Virus record (IMG/VR): IMGVR_UViG_3300010429_000979 | Coordinates: 1-64,000 of that record | Direction: 5' to 3' (one strand) | Origin: a virus | Lineage: Duplodnaviria > Caudoviricetes | DNA: 64,000 nucleotides | Shown: positions 53,250-63,333 of the stretch, one piece after another | How positions within the stretch are numbered: position 1 is the first letter of the stretch | How the letters are laid out: every line of letters starts with the position of its first letter | The notes under the pieces: generated by a model | Databases searched by the model: none | Seen by the model: the letters and a program-made list of their open reading frames with translations, nothing else | What the model was told of the DNA's origin: nothing | Translations under genes and position numbers: made by a program

Positions 53250-55402
53250 GAGACACCCAATATAAAATCATTGATAGTTTAGATGAGCTAGAACAGCTCA
53301 TCTCTTTCTGTAAACAGACAGGGTATGCCTCTGTTGACTTTGAAACAACCAGCTTAGCATTTCATAACGAAGCAGAGTACCCAACCATCTTGGGTGTATC
53401 ATTCCAACCAGGCTCTGCTTGGATTATACCATTAGGGAATTATGATTCACCCTTCAGGGATGTCTGGCAGGAAATACTTCAGATCTTCGGTAAGGAGGTT
53501 ATGGAGAATCCAAATATTGTAAAGATAGGTCAGAACAATAAGTATGAGTACAAGTGGTTCCTCAGCCAAGGCATAAGGCCTACTGGAGTTCTTCTTGATA
53601 CGATGCTTGCAAAGTATTTACTGGATGAGGAAAGGCCCCATGGCTTAAAGGAAATGGTTGCTCGATACATACCGGAGTTTGCTGGGTATGCTTTACCTGG
53701 CTCCAACTCAGATAAGTTTAACTGGGCAGGAGTACCCTTAGAAAAGCTAAGCCAATACTGTGCCCGTGATGCTGACTTCACATTCAGGTTAATGCTTCAG
53801 TTCGAGAGCAGGTTAATGAAGACTGGATTCTATCCACTGTTTAGGAATCTCTTATGTATGCTGACTCGGGTACTCGGTGAATCTGAATTTCATGGTTACC
53901 TGGTAGATGTACCTTATCTTGATTCCCTGATTGAGAAGTATGATAAACTTATCAGTGATAACGAATTGATGCTCAGGACATTACCTGTGATCAAGGAATA
54001 TGAAAAGCATCTCATTGAAGAAAGGAAAAAGAAATTAGTTTCTGAATTAGAGGATGAGATCGATCAACTTGAAAACAGTAATGGATCTAAAACCTCAATC
54101 TCTAACAAGAAGATTAAGATCGCAGAGATTATAACTGGAAAGGTTAGGACTAAGAAAGACCAAAAGATATTCGAGCCCCTTAACTTTGGGTCTCCAAAAC
54201 AAATGGGTGATTTCTTTTTTAAATCAGAACACGGGTTATGCTTTGAAGCAGTTAACTATACTGACTCAGGAGAACCATCCACTGATGAGACTACCTTACT
54301 TGAATTAAAATCAGAAGATGACTCTGGATTCATTGATGCCCTATTAAAGAACCGAGAACTTAAAAAACTTAATTCCACCTACATCGTTGGTATTAGGGAG
54401 TTAATCGATGAAAGGGGTTATCTTCATTGCTCATATCTTATACACGGTACTGTAACTGGGAGGTTATCATCCACTAATCCTAATATGCAGAACCTTCCCC
54501 GTACTGCAACCAATCCAGATATTCGGAAAATGTTTATTGCCCCACCAGGATATCTCTTGGTAGAAGTAGATTATTCTCAGGCTGAACTAAGGGTTGTGGC
54601 TGAACTCTCGCAGGATAAAAACATGTGCGAGATGTTTAACTCCGGTATCGATATCCATACAGCTACTGCCTGTAGGATTGCAGGTAGGGATCCAATAGAA
54701 ATAACCAAGATACTTCATGATGAAAGCCATCCAGATAATAAGGAATGGAAGAAAGCAAGGAAGAGATCTAAGAAGGTATCATTTGGTATTCTGTATGGCC
54801 AAGAGCCACCAAAATTAGCCAAGGAATTAACAATAGAAACTGGTGAGAATGTAACCAAAGCCCAAGCTTCTCAATTCAGGGATGAATGGTTTGATGCTTT
54901 TCCCAAGATAAAGAAATGGATCGATGGACAACATGCATTTGCTACCAAGCACGGATACGTCTACAATATTTTTGGTAGAAAGCGGAGGCTTCATATACTT
55001 AACAATCCTATTAACAAGCGAGCTGAGTTCGGTAAGTGGTTGGAGGCATTGCGTCAGTCTGTCAATGCTCCGATTCAGGGTGCTGCAAGTGACTTCACTC
55101 AACTAACCTCGATCATGATCTGGGAGGAGATACTATATGGTAAACTGCCTTCCACGATTAAACAGGTAGCAACCATTCATGATGCTATCGTTTATCAGGT
55201 AGAACCAAAAGATATCCATCAGTTTGTGAAAAGGGCTATTGAGATTGGGACTAACCCAGAGACAGAAAAATACTTCGGATTTAAAATGAAACACGTAACC
55301 ATGAAACTCGATGCACAGGTTGGGTTTAACTATGGCCAGATGAAAGATTACAAGGAAGAGATTGATTATATTAAATTTTATAAAGATGGGACACAGCATT
55401 AA
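53246..55402 (+). CDS. polA: family A DNA polymerase with 3'-5' exonuclease
   Basis: VDFETT, TGRLSSTNPNMQNLP, DYSQAELR, SKKVSFGILYG, IHDAI. Confidence 0.95.
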   Translation: MRDTQYKIIDSLDELEQLISFCKQTGYASVDFETTSLAFHNEAEYPTILGVSFQPGSAWIIPLGNYDSPFRDVWQEILQIFGKEVMENPNIVKIGQNNKYEYKWFLSQGIRPTGVLLDTMLAKYLLDEERPHGLKEMVARYIPEFAGYALPGSNSDKFNWAGVPLEKLSQYCARDADFTFRLMLQFESRLMKTGFYPLFRNLLCMLTRVLGESEFHGYLVDVPYLDSLIEKYDKLISDNELMLRTLPVIKEYEKHLIEERKKKLVSELEDEIDQLENSNGSKTSISNKKIKIAEIITGKVRTKKDQKIFEPLNFGSPKQMGDFFFKSEHGLCFEAVNYTDSGEPSTDETTLLELKSEDDSGFIDALLKNRELKKLNSTYIVGIRELIDERGYLHCSYLIHGTVTGRLSSTNPNMQNLPRTATNPDIRKMFIAPPGYLLVEVDYSQAELRVVAELSQDKNMCEMFNSGIDIHTATACRIAGRDPIEITKILHDESHPDNKEWKKARKRSKKVSFGILYGQEPPKLAKELTIETGENVTKAQASQFRDEWFDAFPKIKKWIDGQHAFATKHGYVYNIFGRKRRLHILNNPINKRAEFGKWLEALRQSVNAPIQGAASDFTQLTSIMIWEEILYGKLPSTIKQVATIHDAIVYQVEPKDIHQFVKRAIEIGTNPETEKYFGFKMKHVTMKLDAQVGFNYGQMKDYKEEIDYIKFYKDGTQH

Positions 55403-56072
55403 AACAACAGACCTCTCATTAAGGGGTAAAAGTAAAAGGGTAGGATTATTCGGGGCTTCAGGCTGCGGTAAGACAACCATTGCAAGATACATACAGGGTT
55501 TTGGTATACCATTCCTTGAAGCATCTGCCTCAAAATCCTTTACTCATGAGGACGTTGAGAAATTCGAGCAGATCCTCAATCAGAAATTTGTATTCTCTCA
55601 TCAGAATACAATCAAGTGGTCCCATCAATTCCCCGAATTCGGGTATCAGTTTCAATGGGCTGTAGCGAAATACAGGTCAGCTGCAATTAAGAATAACAGC
55701 CATTTCGTCATGGACCGTACACCTCTCGATGTCTACGTCTATTGGTTATTACAATGCGGTCCTTATGTAACTGATCAGGACACTTTGGAATTCCTTCAAT
55801 TCAATCTCGAAGCTTGGAAGGAACTGACTCATGTTATTTATGTCAGTAATACCAATCAACCACCTATCATTGAGAATGATGGTGTAAGGATTCCAAATTA
55901 CCTTTATCAAAGGGTTATCGATAACATCTTCTATATGCAGTTCGATACCCACTTCAGAAAGCATTCACCCAATACAGAGTACAATGCCCTGTTCACTTGG
56001 GACTTGTCGGCTCGGAAAAATCTAGTAGCTGAATTTCTTGGGTTTGATCGCAATACTATTAATATTAAATAA
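55362..56072 (+). CDS. deoxynucleotide monophosphate kinase-like P-loop protein (likely ATG at 55386)
   Basis: GASGCGKTT and DRTPLD motifs. Confidence 0.75.
   Translation: MIILNFIKMGHSIKTTDLSLRGKSKRVGLFGASGCGKTTIARYIQGFGIPFLEASASKSFTHEDVEKFEQILNQKFVFSHQNTIKWSHQFPEFGYQFQWAVAKYRSAAIKNNSHFVMDRTPLDVYVYWLLQCGPYVTDQDTLEFLQFNLEAWKELTHVIYVSNTNQPPIIENDGVRIPNYLYQRVIDNIFYMQFDTHFRKHSPNTEYNALFTWDLSARKNLVAEFLGFDRNTINIK
56052..56069 (+). promoter_or_regulatory. putative phage-specific promoter (AATACTATTAATATTAAA)
   Basis: ACTATT 23 nt before the ATG at 56078. Confidence 0.5.
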
Positions 56073-56077
56073 GTTAC

Positions 56078-56542
56078 ATGCCGAAGAAAATACTGAAATA
56101 CGCCTCCTCCTCCGACCTAATGAATATCCAGATCTTCTATGGGGATGAGCGATTTAGGTTTAATCTTTACGAGGAGATCATCATCAATGAGAACCAGATC
56201 GAAGAGGAAATTAAAAACCAACCCTCTGCATACTCATTCCTATCAATGCTCAGGACTAAGTTAAAACGTAACCTTGCAGATGCGGAATTCGAATTAAATA
56301 AAACCTATGGAAGAGTCTTCAATGAACATAAATCCAAAGTGGATAGACTCTCAGGACGTGTTCCTGGGGATGATACTGTTGTTTCTCGGGTATATTGCGA
56401 TCCTGATTATGCTGAAGCTGCTGAAAAAACGAGGGCACTTAAACACGAGGTTGAGGTCATTGAGACCTGCGTCAGATCATTCGAGCAAAGGAAAGACCTC
56501 ATACAAACGCTTGCTGCTAACCTCCGAAAGGAGAATTCATAA
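56078..56542 (+). CDS. UvsY-like recombination mediator
   Basis: Helical, next to SSB and RecA, FEQRKDLIQTL ending. Confidence 0.6.
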   Translation: MPKKILKYASSSDLMNIQIFYGDERFRFNLYEEIIINENQIEEEIKNQPSAYSFLSMLRTKLKRNLADAEFELNKTYGRVFNEHKSKVDRLSGRVPGDDTVVSRVYCDPDYAEAAEKTRALKHEVEVIETCVRSFEQRKDLIQTLAANLRKENS

Positions 56543-56563
56543 ACAATCAAAATCCAAAGTAAA

Positions 56564-57313
56564 ATGTCAGAACTAAGAAAAAGGCTCGAAGAGAAAAGAA
56601 AAAAGCTAAACGAAAGAGGAAAGACTGGAAAGGTTATCTTCTTAAAAGATGACCAAACACTACGTGTAAGGCCATTACCAGTTGGCGAAGACAAGGAATT
56701 TGTATTTGAGGTAATTCAATTCTACCTCGGATCAGATATCAAAGGGGTATACTCCAATGCCACCTTCGGTAAACCTTGCCCCATTATGGAGAAGTATGAG
56801 GAACTGAAAAACTCAAAGGATTCAGATGACAAGAATCTTGCCAAGTTGCTGGTCCCCAAACGGAAATTCATGATGCCGGTATTGGTTTACAAAGACCTGA
56901 AAGGTAAAGAAATCGACACCGAAAACTCCGGTAAGTTTATCCAAATCACTGGTGACATCTACAAGGTGATCATCGATAACTGGTTGGATACCGATGACTG
57001 GGGAGATCCTACAGACCCAACTGAAGGCTATGATATGAAGATTGGCCGGATGGGATCTGGTAAACTCGATACCACATACTCATGCAGCCCGTGCCCAAAA
57101 TCCCCAACTCCTAAAGAATGGAGGAAAATCGTTGACATCGATGAGATGGTTGCCGAAATCATTGAGGACTATGATGCTTGCCTTGAAAAGCTTAACACTT
57201 TCCTGGGTGAACCTGATATGCTTCATGATGACCCACCAAAGAAGCTTTCCTCAAAATCAGATCGGGAATCACGCGAATCTCGTAGGTCACGCAGAGAATC
57301 AACTGACGAATAG
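56564..57313 (+). CDS. single-stranded DNA-binding protein (gp32-like)
   Basis: LRVRPLP, CPI, DPTEGYDMKI...G.G..DT.Y; charged tail. Confidence 0.75.
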   Translation: MSELRKRLEEKRKKLNERGKTGKVIFLKDDQTLRVRPLPVGEDKEFVFEVIQFYLGSDIKGVYSNATFGKPCPIMEKYEELKNSKDSDDKNLAKLLVPKRKFMMPVLVYKDLKGKEIDTENSGKFIQITGDIYKVIIDNWLDTDDWGDPTDPTEGYDMKIGRMGSGKLDTTYSCSPCPKSPTPKEWRKIVDIDEMVAEIIEDYDACLEKLNTFLGEPDMLHDDPPKKLSSKSDRESRESRRSRRESTDE

Positions 57314-57315
57314 TT

Positions 57316-58473
57316 ATGGCTAAGAAGGATAAACCAAAGGTAGGGGAGAGGTTACTCTCCCCTACCCAATTAAAGACCAAGTATAATGGGACAGGTATTG
57401 CTTCACAAGTAATGCTAGGACCATCAGACGGTCTCTGGTTGCCCTCAAAGAATCTGACCCTCAACTATACATTAGGTGGGGGTATTCCGTATGGGCGTCA
57501 GGTGGAAATCTACGGCTCTGAATCTTCAGGTAAAACTTTGATGGCTCTTGACTTCGGTGGTGTTGCCCAATCACTTGGTGGAGTTATCATGTTCAACGAT
57601 GCTGAACAAGCTTGGGATCCTGCTTGGGCAATGGCCAATGGTATTGACCTTGATCAAGTAGAACTCTGGAATGAGACCTCAATCGAAAGGTTATCTGATT
57701 GGCTTGGTGATATGTCATTATACTATCGGTCAAGGTTACGGGGCAATGAACCAATTGTTTTTATCTGCGACTCAATCGCAGCTCTTGATTGTGATGCTAA
57801 CATTAACTCTAATCAATCCGATGCAGCTGCCGAAATGGGTAACCGTGCTAAGGCAATGTACCGTATGCTAAGGACCAGGAATCAATTAATTGCTGAACTT
57901 GGTATCATCTGTATCTGGATAAACCAATTACGATCAAAGGTTGGTGCTTCCAAATACGAGGATTCAGATGAGACTCCAGGAGGAAAAGCAATGAGATTCT
58001 ATGCTTCACAAAGGATCGGAGTTTATGCTGGGAAACAGGTTAAGGCAAAAGTAAATGGAACAGAGCAACGCGTTGGATCTGAAACCTCAGTGAGGATTAA
58101 GAAGAACAAAGTTGCACCACCCCGTGAAACGTTTACCACTAACATGTATTTCAATCCTGAATACGATAAGGAACCTCTAGGATTCGATCGTTACCTGGGT
58201 ATTGCCGATCTCCTTATCAAAACCGGGACACTGGAAAGGTCTGGAGCATATTACAAATTCGAAGGCCAATCAGTTGCTCAAGGAGAAGCTTCATTGATTA
58301 CCAAGATCAAATCAGATCCCGAGCTAAGGAAGAAACTGATCACAGCAAGTGGTATTAATACAGTATCAAAGACAAGGGCAAAGATCGAGGCTACAACCAA
58401 AAACCTTTATCCAATCTCTGGTGCTTCAAAGACCGTCTTAGATGACGATGATGAGGAGGAAGACGATGATTAG
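57316..58473 (+). CDS. recA: RecA/UvsX recombinase
   Basis: GGGIPYGR, GSESSGKT, DSIAAL, INQLR, TPGGKAMRFYAS, KNKVAPP. Confidence 0.95.
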   Translation: MAKKDKPKVGERLLSPTQLKTKYNGTGIASQVMLGPSDGLWLPSKNLTLNYTLGGGIPYGRQVEIYGSESSGKTLMALDFGGVAQSLGGVIMFNDAEQAWDPAWAMANGIDLDQVELWNETSIERLSDWLGDMSLYYRSRLRGNEPIVFICDSIAALDCDANINSNQSDAAAEMGNRAKAMYRMLRTRNQLIAELGIICIWINQLRSKVGASKYEDSDETPGGKAMRFYASQRIGVYAGKQVKAKVNGTEQRVGSETSVRIKKNKVAPPRETFTTNMYFNPEYDKEPLGFDRYLGIADLLIKTGTLERSGAYYKFEGQSVAQGEASLITKIKSDPELRKKLITASGINTVSKTRAKIEATTKNLYPISGASKTVLDDDDEEEDDD

Positions 58474-59341
58474 TCCAGTAATGCTTATCGATGGCGATAA
58501 CATGATGTATAGGGCTTTCTTTAAATTTGCCGGGCTTACTAATGAGGATGGGAAACCATCCTCACTGGTGTTTGGGGTTCCCTATATGATCAGGCCAATG
58601 ATCTTTAAATATAAACCTCAAAGGGTTATCGTGGTAATGGATGGTGGAAGACATCAATCCAGAACTGAGGTTCTACCTACCTATAAATTAAGGGATAAAT
58701 CAGATCATGACTATACCGAATTTAAAGCTCAGAAGGAAGTTTTAAAGGGTCTGTTACCTGCCTTGAACTGCCATGTTGCATACCTACAGGGACATGAAGC
58801 TGATGACATAATCTATTACCTAGCTAAGGCTACGTATAAATACTCAGAGAAGGTCATCGTATCATCCGATAAGGATTTTAATCAGATGATTGATTCAAGG
58901 ACATCAATCTTCAATCCTTCCAAAAACCATCTTATCGATTTTAAAAACTGCGAAAGGGTAACTGGTATACATCCACATGATTGGTTGGATTACCTAATCC
59001 TTGATGGTGATAAGTCTGATAAGATACCAGGCTATAAAGGTATGGGTGAGAAAAGGATTAAAAAATTCTTGGCCGAGCACTCCTCTATCTATGAATTCCT
59101 TGAAGAAAGGAAATCATTTTCTGGTATTGATAACGATAAGCTCCTTGAATTGTATGAAACTAATAAGAAGCTTATCAGTCTCCATCATTTCTTTCACACT
59201 AACGGGAAGTATGCTTACCCACTTGATCTGGCTTATGATATTAATTTCGATAAGAAAAAGGTATTCAGAACATTCGCTGATTATAATATCGAATCTCTGA
59301 TGAATGATCAATTCATGAAACACTTCGAGGAACTGATATGA
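58442..59341 (+). CDS. 5'-3' flap exonuclease / RNase H (likely ATG at 58466)
   Basis: IDGDN, EADD, SSDKDF, GDKSDKIPG motifs. Confidence 0.9.
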   Translation: MTMMRRKTMISPVMLIDGDNMMYRAFFKFAGLTNEDGKPSSLVFGVPYMIRPMIFKYKPQRVIVVMDGGRHQSRTEVLPTYKLRDKSDHDYTEFKAQKEVLKGLLPALNCHVAYLQGHEADDIIYYLAKATYKYSEKVIVSSDKDFNQMIDSRTSIFNPSKNHLIDFKNCERVTGIHPHDWLDYLILDGDKSDKIPGYKGMGEKRIKKFLAEHSSIYEFLEERKSFSGIDNDKLLELYETNKKLISLHHFFHTNGKYAYPLDLAYDINFDKKKVFRTFADYNIESLMNDQFMKHFEELI

Positions 59342-60321
59342 AACGATACCCTATAGCAATATCCACATCCGATTGGCACCTGAATTCATGGACAACCAAT
59401 AACCCAGTAAGTAAACCAAGACTTGAACACCAACTGGATTTCCTGGAGTATCTCTGTACATCATCACATCAATTAGAGATACCTATCCTATTTAGTGGTG
59501 ACCTGTTTCATAATGCTAAAACACTAACCAATGAGTTATTCGATAAGGTCTCTGAGAGATTTAACCAATGCTTCAACGATTACCCAAAAGCTAGGATACT
59601 TGCAATCTCGGGTAACCATGACCAATCCGAAAAGAACTTTCGCGATACTCTATCACCGTCTTATGTGGCTTCTCTATCGAGGGTATTTCCACATAATTTC
59701 ATATGCCTAGACTTTAAAAATATCGTGGTTAACAATGTTAGGATAGCTGGTATCCCATATCTCACACATAACGTCGGCCTACAAGAGACAGTAGAAGATT
59801 ACTCTGAACTGGAAATTGATATCCTATTAATTCATACCGATCTTCATGGGGCTAAGGACACTAATCTGTATCAGATTAATGATGCAGGGAACGTCCCAAA
59901 AAATATGGATGAGTTTTTTGAGCAATTCAAGCTCGTTCTAAGTGGTCATATCCATTTGCCCCAAAGGCTTGGTAAGAATCTATATATGGTTGGAGCCCCA
60001 ATGCACCAACGTAAAACTGATGTCGATGCCGAGTTAGGATACTGGGTAGTTTATTCGGATTTTAAGGTAGAATTCACTCACGTTGATTGGGCCCCACAAT
60101 TTAAGATTTATGAGGAAGGGGATAAGATCGATGACTTCCATATCTGGTTGCTGGCCAAACAAAGAAAAGAGGCCCAGAAAAAAGCATCGGGATTCGATAC
60201 TGAGAATTTATCAAGGATAAGCCTGATCAAAATGTATATAGAGAAGATGGAAATCCCAATGTACCCACACGGAAAGGCTTTAATTAAACACATGGAGGAA
60301 TTAGAGGATGATATCATTTAA
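59338..60321 (+). CDS. sbcD: Mre11/SbcD-like metallophosphoesterase nuclease
   Basis: SDWH, GDLFH, GNHD, HTD, SGHIH motifs. Confidence 0.88.
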   Translation: MKRYPIAISTSDWHLNSWTTNNPVSKPRLEHQLDFLEYLCTSSHQLEIPILFSGDLFHNAKTLTNELFDKVSERFNQCFNDYPKARILAISGNHDQSEKNFRDTLSPSYVASLSRVFPHNFICLDFKNIVVNNVRIAGIPYLTHNVGLQETVEDYSELEIDILLIHTDLHGAKDTNLYQINDAGNVPKNMDEFFEQFKLVLSGHIHLPQRLGKNLYMVGAPMHQRKTDVDAELGYWVVYSDFKVEFTHVDWAPQFKIYEEGDKIDDFHIWLLAKQRKEAQKKASGFDTENLSRISLIKMYIEKMEIPMYPHGKALIKHMEELEDDII

Positions 60322-62122
60322 CAAAATTATCATAGAGGGATTCGGCTCAATCGTTAAACCCTTAGAGACCGAGTTTCATGGTACTGGGATAACCATTATA
60401 AGGGGAGAGAATGGTGAAGGTAAAACCACAGTATTCTCTGCCCTATCTTGGTGCGTAACAGGAAAACCATTAAAGGAAAACTCAACAGTTGAAACTTGGC
60501 CCCATGAAAGGGACGAGAGTTGGAATGGGACAACAGTAAATGTTTTCTTCACCAAAGGCTCAACTCAGTATGAGATTATCAGGTGCCTTGAATATAAGGG
60601 TCAGATACTTGGAGCAAAGGGTAAAGACCGCCTCATCCTAATCAAGGACGGTAAAGAGGAATCTGAGAAAGCAAAGAAAGATACTCAGGCCACTATCAAC
60701 AAAATTCTCGGTATATCGAATGACCTTTTCAGAGCCTCCATTATCTTCGGACAGAACATGAAGAGGTTTATTGAGGAGGATGGGCCTACTCAGAAAAAGT
60801 TAATGGAAGAGGCTCTTAATATCCTTTGGGTAACAGATGCCAAAAAACTTGCAGACTCAAACCTTTCAGATGCCCAAGCTAAACTGAATAAGTTAGCCCC
60901 AATTATCTCATACCTTAGTTCCATCATTAATAACACTAATGAGGCTCTTGAGGATTATGATGAGAGCTTTAAAAAATGGGAAACAGAAAAACTGAATTCC
61001 ATTACTGAGTTAAAAACTGAGGTGAAAGCCATCATAGAAGTAGATGTCATTGACGGGTCATTTTTTGAGGCTCTAGAGGCCGATATGAAAAAGTCACGGT
61101 CAGAGATTGCTTTAATAGAGGCTGACAAAATAAAGAAGGCTTCATTAGAGAAGGAGGCTAAGTATCTGGAAAAGCAAGCTGCAGAAAAACAGATAGCGAT
61201 TGATCAATTATATACTGATCAGAAAAAATCCAAAGAAACTGGGAAATGTACTGTTTGTGGGAGTATACTAAAATCAACCGAGAAACTGGATGAACACTTT
61301 GAAAACGAAATCCAGTTTTTGCAAACTGCACTTAATAAATTCAAATCGGATGCTAAACGGGTTAATTTGGATGCTTCTAGTTTAACTATTGCATTTGATT
61401 CTATAGAAATCTTAGAGCAAAAAATTTCTGCACTAGAAAACAACCTAAAAGTTGCTCGATCGAAGAACCAAACAGCCAGTTTAAACCGTCTGAAACTGGA
61501 ACAACTCAAGGCAAGAATAAAAAGCCTTGAAAACTCAAAATATCCCGTAGAAAGGGAAAAACTCGAGGTCAAGCTAAGGGACGCTGTACTGGAGATTAAA
61601 CCTCTCTTAAAAGATCAGGACAAATTATTAAAGACCATCAAATTGAACGCATGGATGTCAAAAGCAGTGTTCTCAAATACTGGTATCAAGACATTCATCA
61701 TGGATACGATGATGGGTAAATTAAATCAGAGCCTTGAAAAATACTCAGCATCAATCCCGTTTATCCCTGAGTTCTCAATTAATATGGACTCTGGTAGAAA
61801 GGACATAGAGCTTTTCATATATCATAACGATAATGTGGTCCCCTACGGTGATTTATCTGGTGGCCAAAAACAATTGGTTAATGTAGTCATCGCTTTCGCT
61901 ATACATGACCTCGTAACAGAGAATATTAACTTCAACATCCTTGTAATGGATGAGGTATTCGAGAACCTATCAGTTAAATCCATAGAATTGGCCTCAGAAT
62001 TAATCCTTGAGAAAGCCCAATCAAAAACCCTTTACCTAATAACACACCATCAGGAATTTAACCCTCCGAATGCAAGGATACTAGAAGTAACTCGTGAGAA
62101 TGGGACCACAATCCTAGCTTGA
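60308..62122 (+). CDS. sbcC: Rad50/SbcC-like ABC ATPase
   Basis: GENGEGKTT, CTVC zinc hook, LSGGQ, MDEVF, ITH motifs. Confidence 0.92.
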   Translation: MISFNKIIIEGFGSIVKPLETEFHGTGITIIRGENGEGKTTVFSALSWCVTGKPLKENSTVETWPHERDESWNGTTVNVFFTKGSTQYEIIRCLEYKGQILGAKGKDRLILIKDGKEESEKAKKDTQATINKILGISNDLFRASIIFGQNMKRFIEEDGPTQKKLMEEALNILWVTDAKKLADSNLSDAQAKLNKLAPIISYLSSIINNTNEALEDYDESFKKWETEKLNSITELKTEVKAIIEVDVIDGSFFEALEADMKKSRSEIALIEADKIKKASLEKEAKYLEKQAAEKQIAIDQLYTDQKKSKETGKCTVCGSILKSTEKLDEHFENEIQFLQTALNKFKSDAKRVNLDASSLTIAFDSIEILEQKISALENNLKVARSKNQTASLNRLKLEQLKARIKSLENSKYPVEREKLEVKLRDAVLEIKPLLKDQDKLLKTIKLNAWMSKAVFSNTGIKTFIMDTMMGKLNQSLEKYSASIPFIPEFSINMDSGRKDIELFIYHNDNVVPYGDLSGGQKQLVNVVIAFAIHDLVTENINFNILVMDEVFENLSVKSIELASELILEKAQSKTLYLITHHQEFNPPNARILEVTRENGTTILA

Positions 62123-62138
62123 TGCTATTAATAAGAAA
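62121..62138 (+). promoter_or_regulatory. variant ACTATT-type motif (GATGCTATTAATAAGAAA)
   Basis: GCTATT 21 nt before the ATG at 62145. Confidence 0.4.
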
Positions 62139-62144
62139 GAATTC

Positions 62145-62669
62145 ATGCCGATTAACAGTAAGAAAAAAGGAAGTCGAAATGAAAGGAACTTGTCGAAGTT
62201 ATTCCATAAGTGGACTGGTTTTGAATTTGCACGAACTCCCTCAAGTGGTGGCTTACGATGGAAAAAACGGGATGATGTTGTTGGTGACATTACATGTACA
62301 GACCAAGATCACCTCAGAATCTTCCCATTCAGTATCGAGACAAAGTTCCATGACGAGATTCAGTTCAACCACCTCTTACTTGGAAATACATCAATAGAGA
62401 TTATTAAATGGTGGAAGCAAACCACTGATGATGCTGCTCGATCTGGCAAGCTACCGCTTCTTATGATGAGGTATAATGGAATGCCCTCAGATACCTATTT
62501 CACTGTAGTATACAATAGCCTGTATAACAGGCTCATACCAGCGTTAGGTTCAAAATATGGATATCTTAAATCAGATAGGGGGTTTACCATCTTTAACTCT
62601 GATGATATGTTTTCGGCTAATTACCCTGATGTCATAAAAATCTGCAAAACCTACTCTGATGAGCGTTGA
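62145..62669 (+). CDS. Holliday junction resolvase (Hjc-like PD-(D/E)xK)
   Basis: KGSRNER, RTPSSGG, GDI, IETK motifs. Confidence 0.85.
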   Translation: MPINSKKKGSRNERNLSKLFHKWTGFEFARTPSSGGLRWKKRDDVVGDITCTDQDHLRIFPFSIETKFHDEIQFNHLLLGNTSIEIIKWWKQTTDDAARSGKLPLLMMRYNGMPSDTYFTVVYNSLYNRLIPALGSKYGYLKSDRGFTIFNSDDMFSANYPDVIKICKTYSDER

Positions 62670-63333
62670 GAAACACGTATGGGCAATCGTTTATATCAAT
62701 AACACATATCGTGAGACTCTGGAATCAGATGCTAAGCGGTGCGGGATAAAGGATATCAAATTTATCATCCCAACTATCTCGATTATCAGGAAACAATTCA
62801 GGGGCAAGAAATTTACAGAGGAAGTTCCATTGCTCTTCAACTATGGCTTTATCAGAATCCCAATCCAAGTGGCCAGGAGTAAGGATGATTTATTGGGGTT
62901 GAAAAGGAGTATACAGGGGATCTATAACTGGCTATGGTTAAACCAAAAATCATTCTCTGATAAGAAAACTGTAAAAGTAGCAACCACGTCATTCAGAGAG
63001 ATCTTAAGGATAGTCAATATCAGTAGGAGATACTCAGTATATGCAGAATCAGATATCCGCAATATGAAGGCCGGGGCTATGATAACACTGAGAGGATATC
63101 CTTTCGATGGTATTGAAGCAGAGATCATATCAGTTAACATAAAGAAGGAAGAGGTAGATGTAAACCTTAATCTGGGAATGATGGGCAGGAAAGTAACTGT
63201 ATCATTCTCCAATATCATGTACTCAATCTATGGGGATTTCGAGGAGATAACTCCAACAGATAATACTCTCGAAGGTATGAAGTTTTATGCCAAACACGGG
63301 ATTGACTTAAAAGACCTAGAAAATGAATCGTAA
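62659..63333 (+). CDS. nusG: NusG-family paralog (NGN plus KOW; UpxY/RfaH-like)
   Basis: WAIVY, PLLFNYGF, then KOW-like ITLRGYPFDGIEAEI...V.V. Confidence 0.75.
   Translation: MSVEKHVWAIVYINNTYRETLESDAKRCGIKDIKFIIPTISIIRKQFRGKKFTEEVPLLFNYGFIRIPIQVARSKDDLLGLKRSIQGIYNWLWLNQKSFSDKKTVKVATTSFREILRIVNISRRYSVYAESDIRNMKAGAMITLRGYPFDGIEAEIISVNIKKEEVDVNLNLGMMGRKVTVSFSNIMYSIYGDFEEITPTDNTLEGMKFYAKHGIDLKDLENES

Noticed and set aside
53246-55402. Intron or intein in PolA, TerL or DnaB
   Set aside because: Lengths are ordinary and no splice-junction or embedded endonuclease motifs were seen; the HNH at 50010 is free-standing
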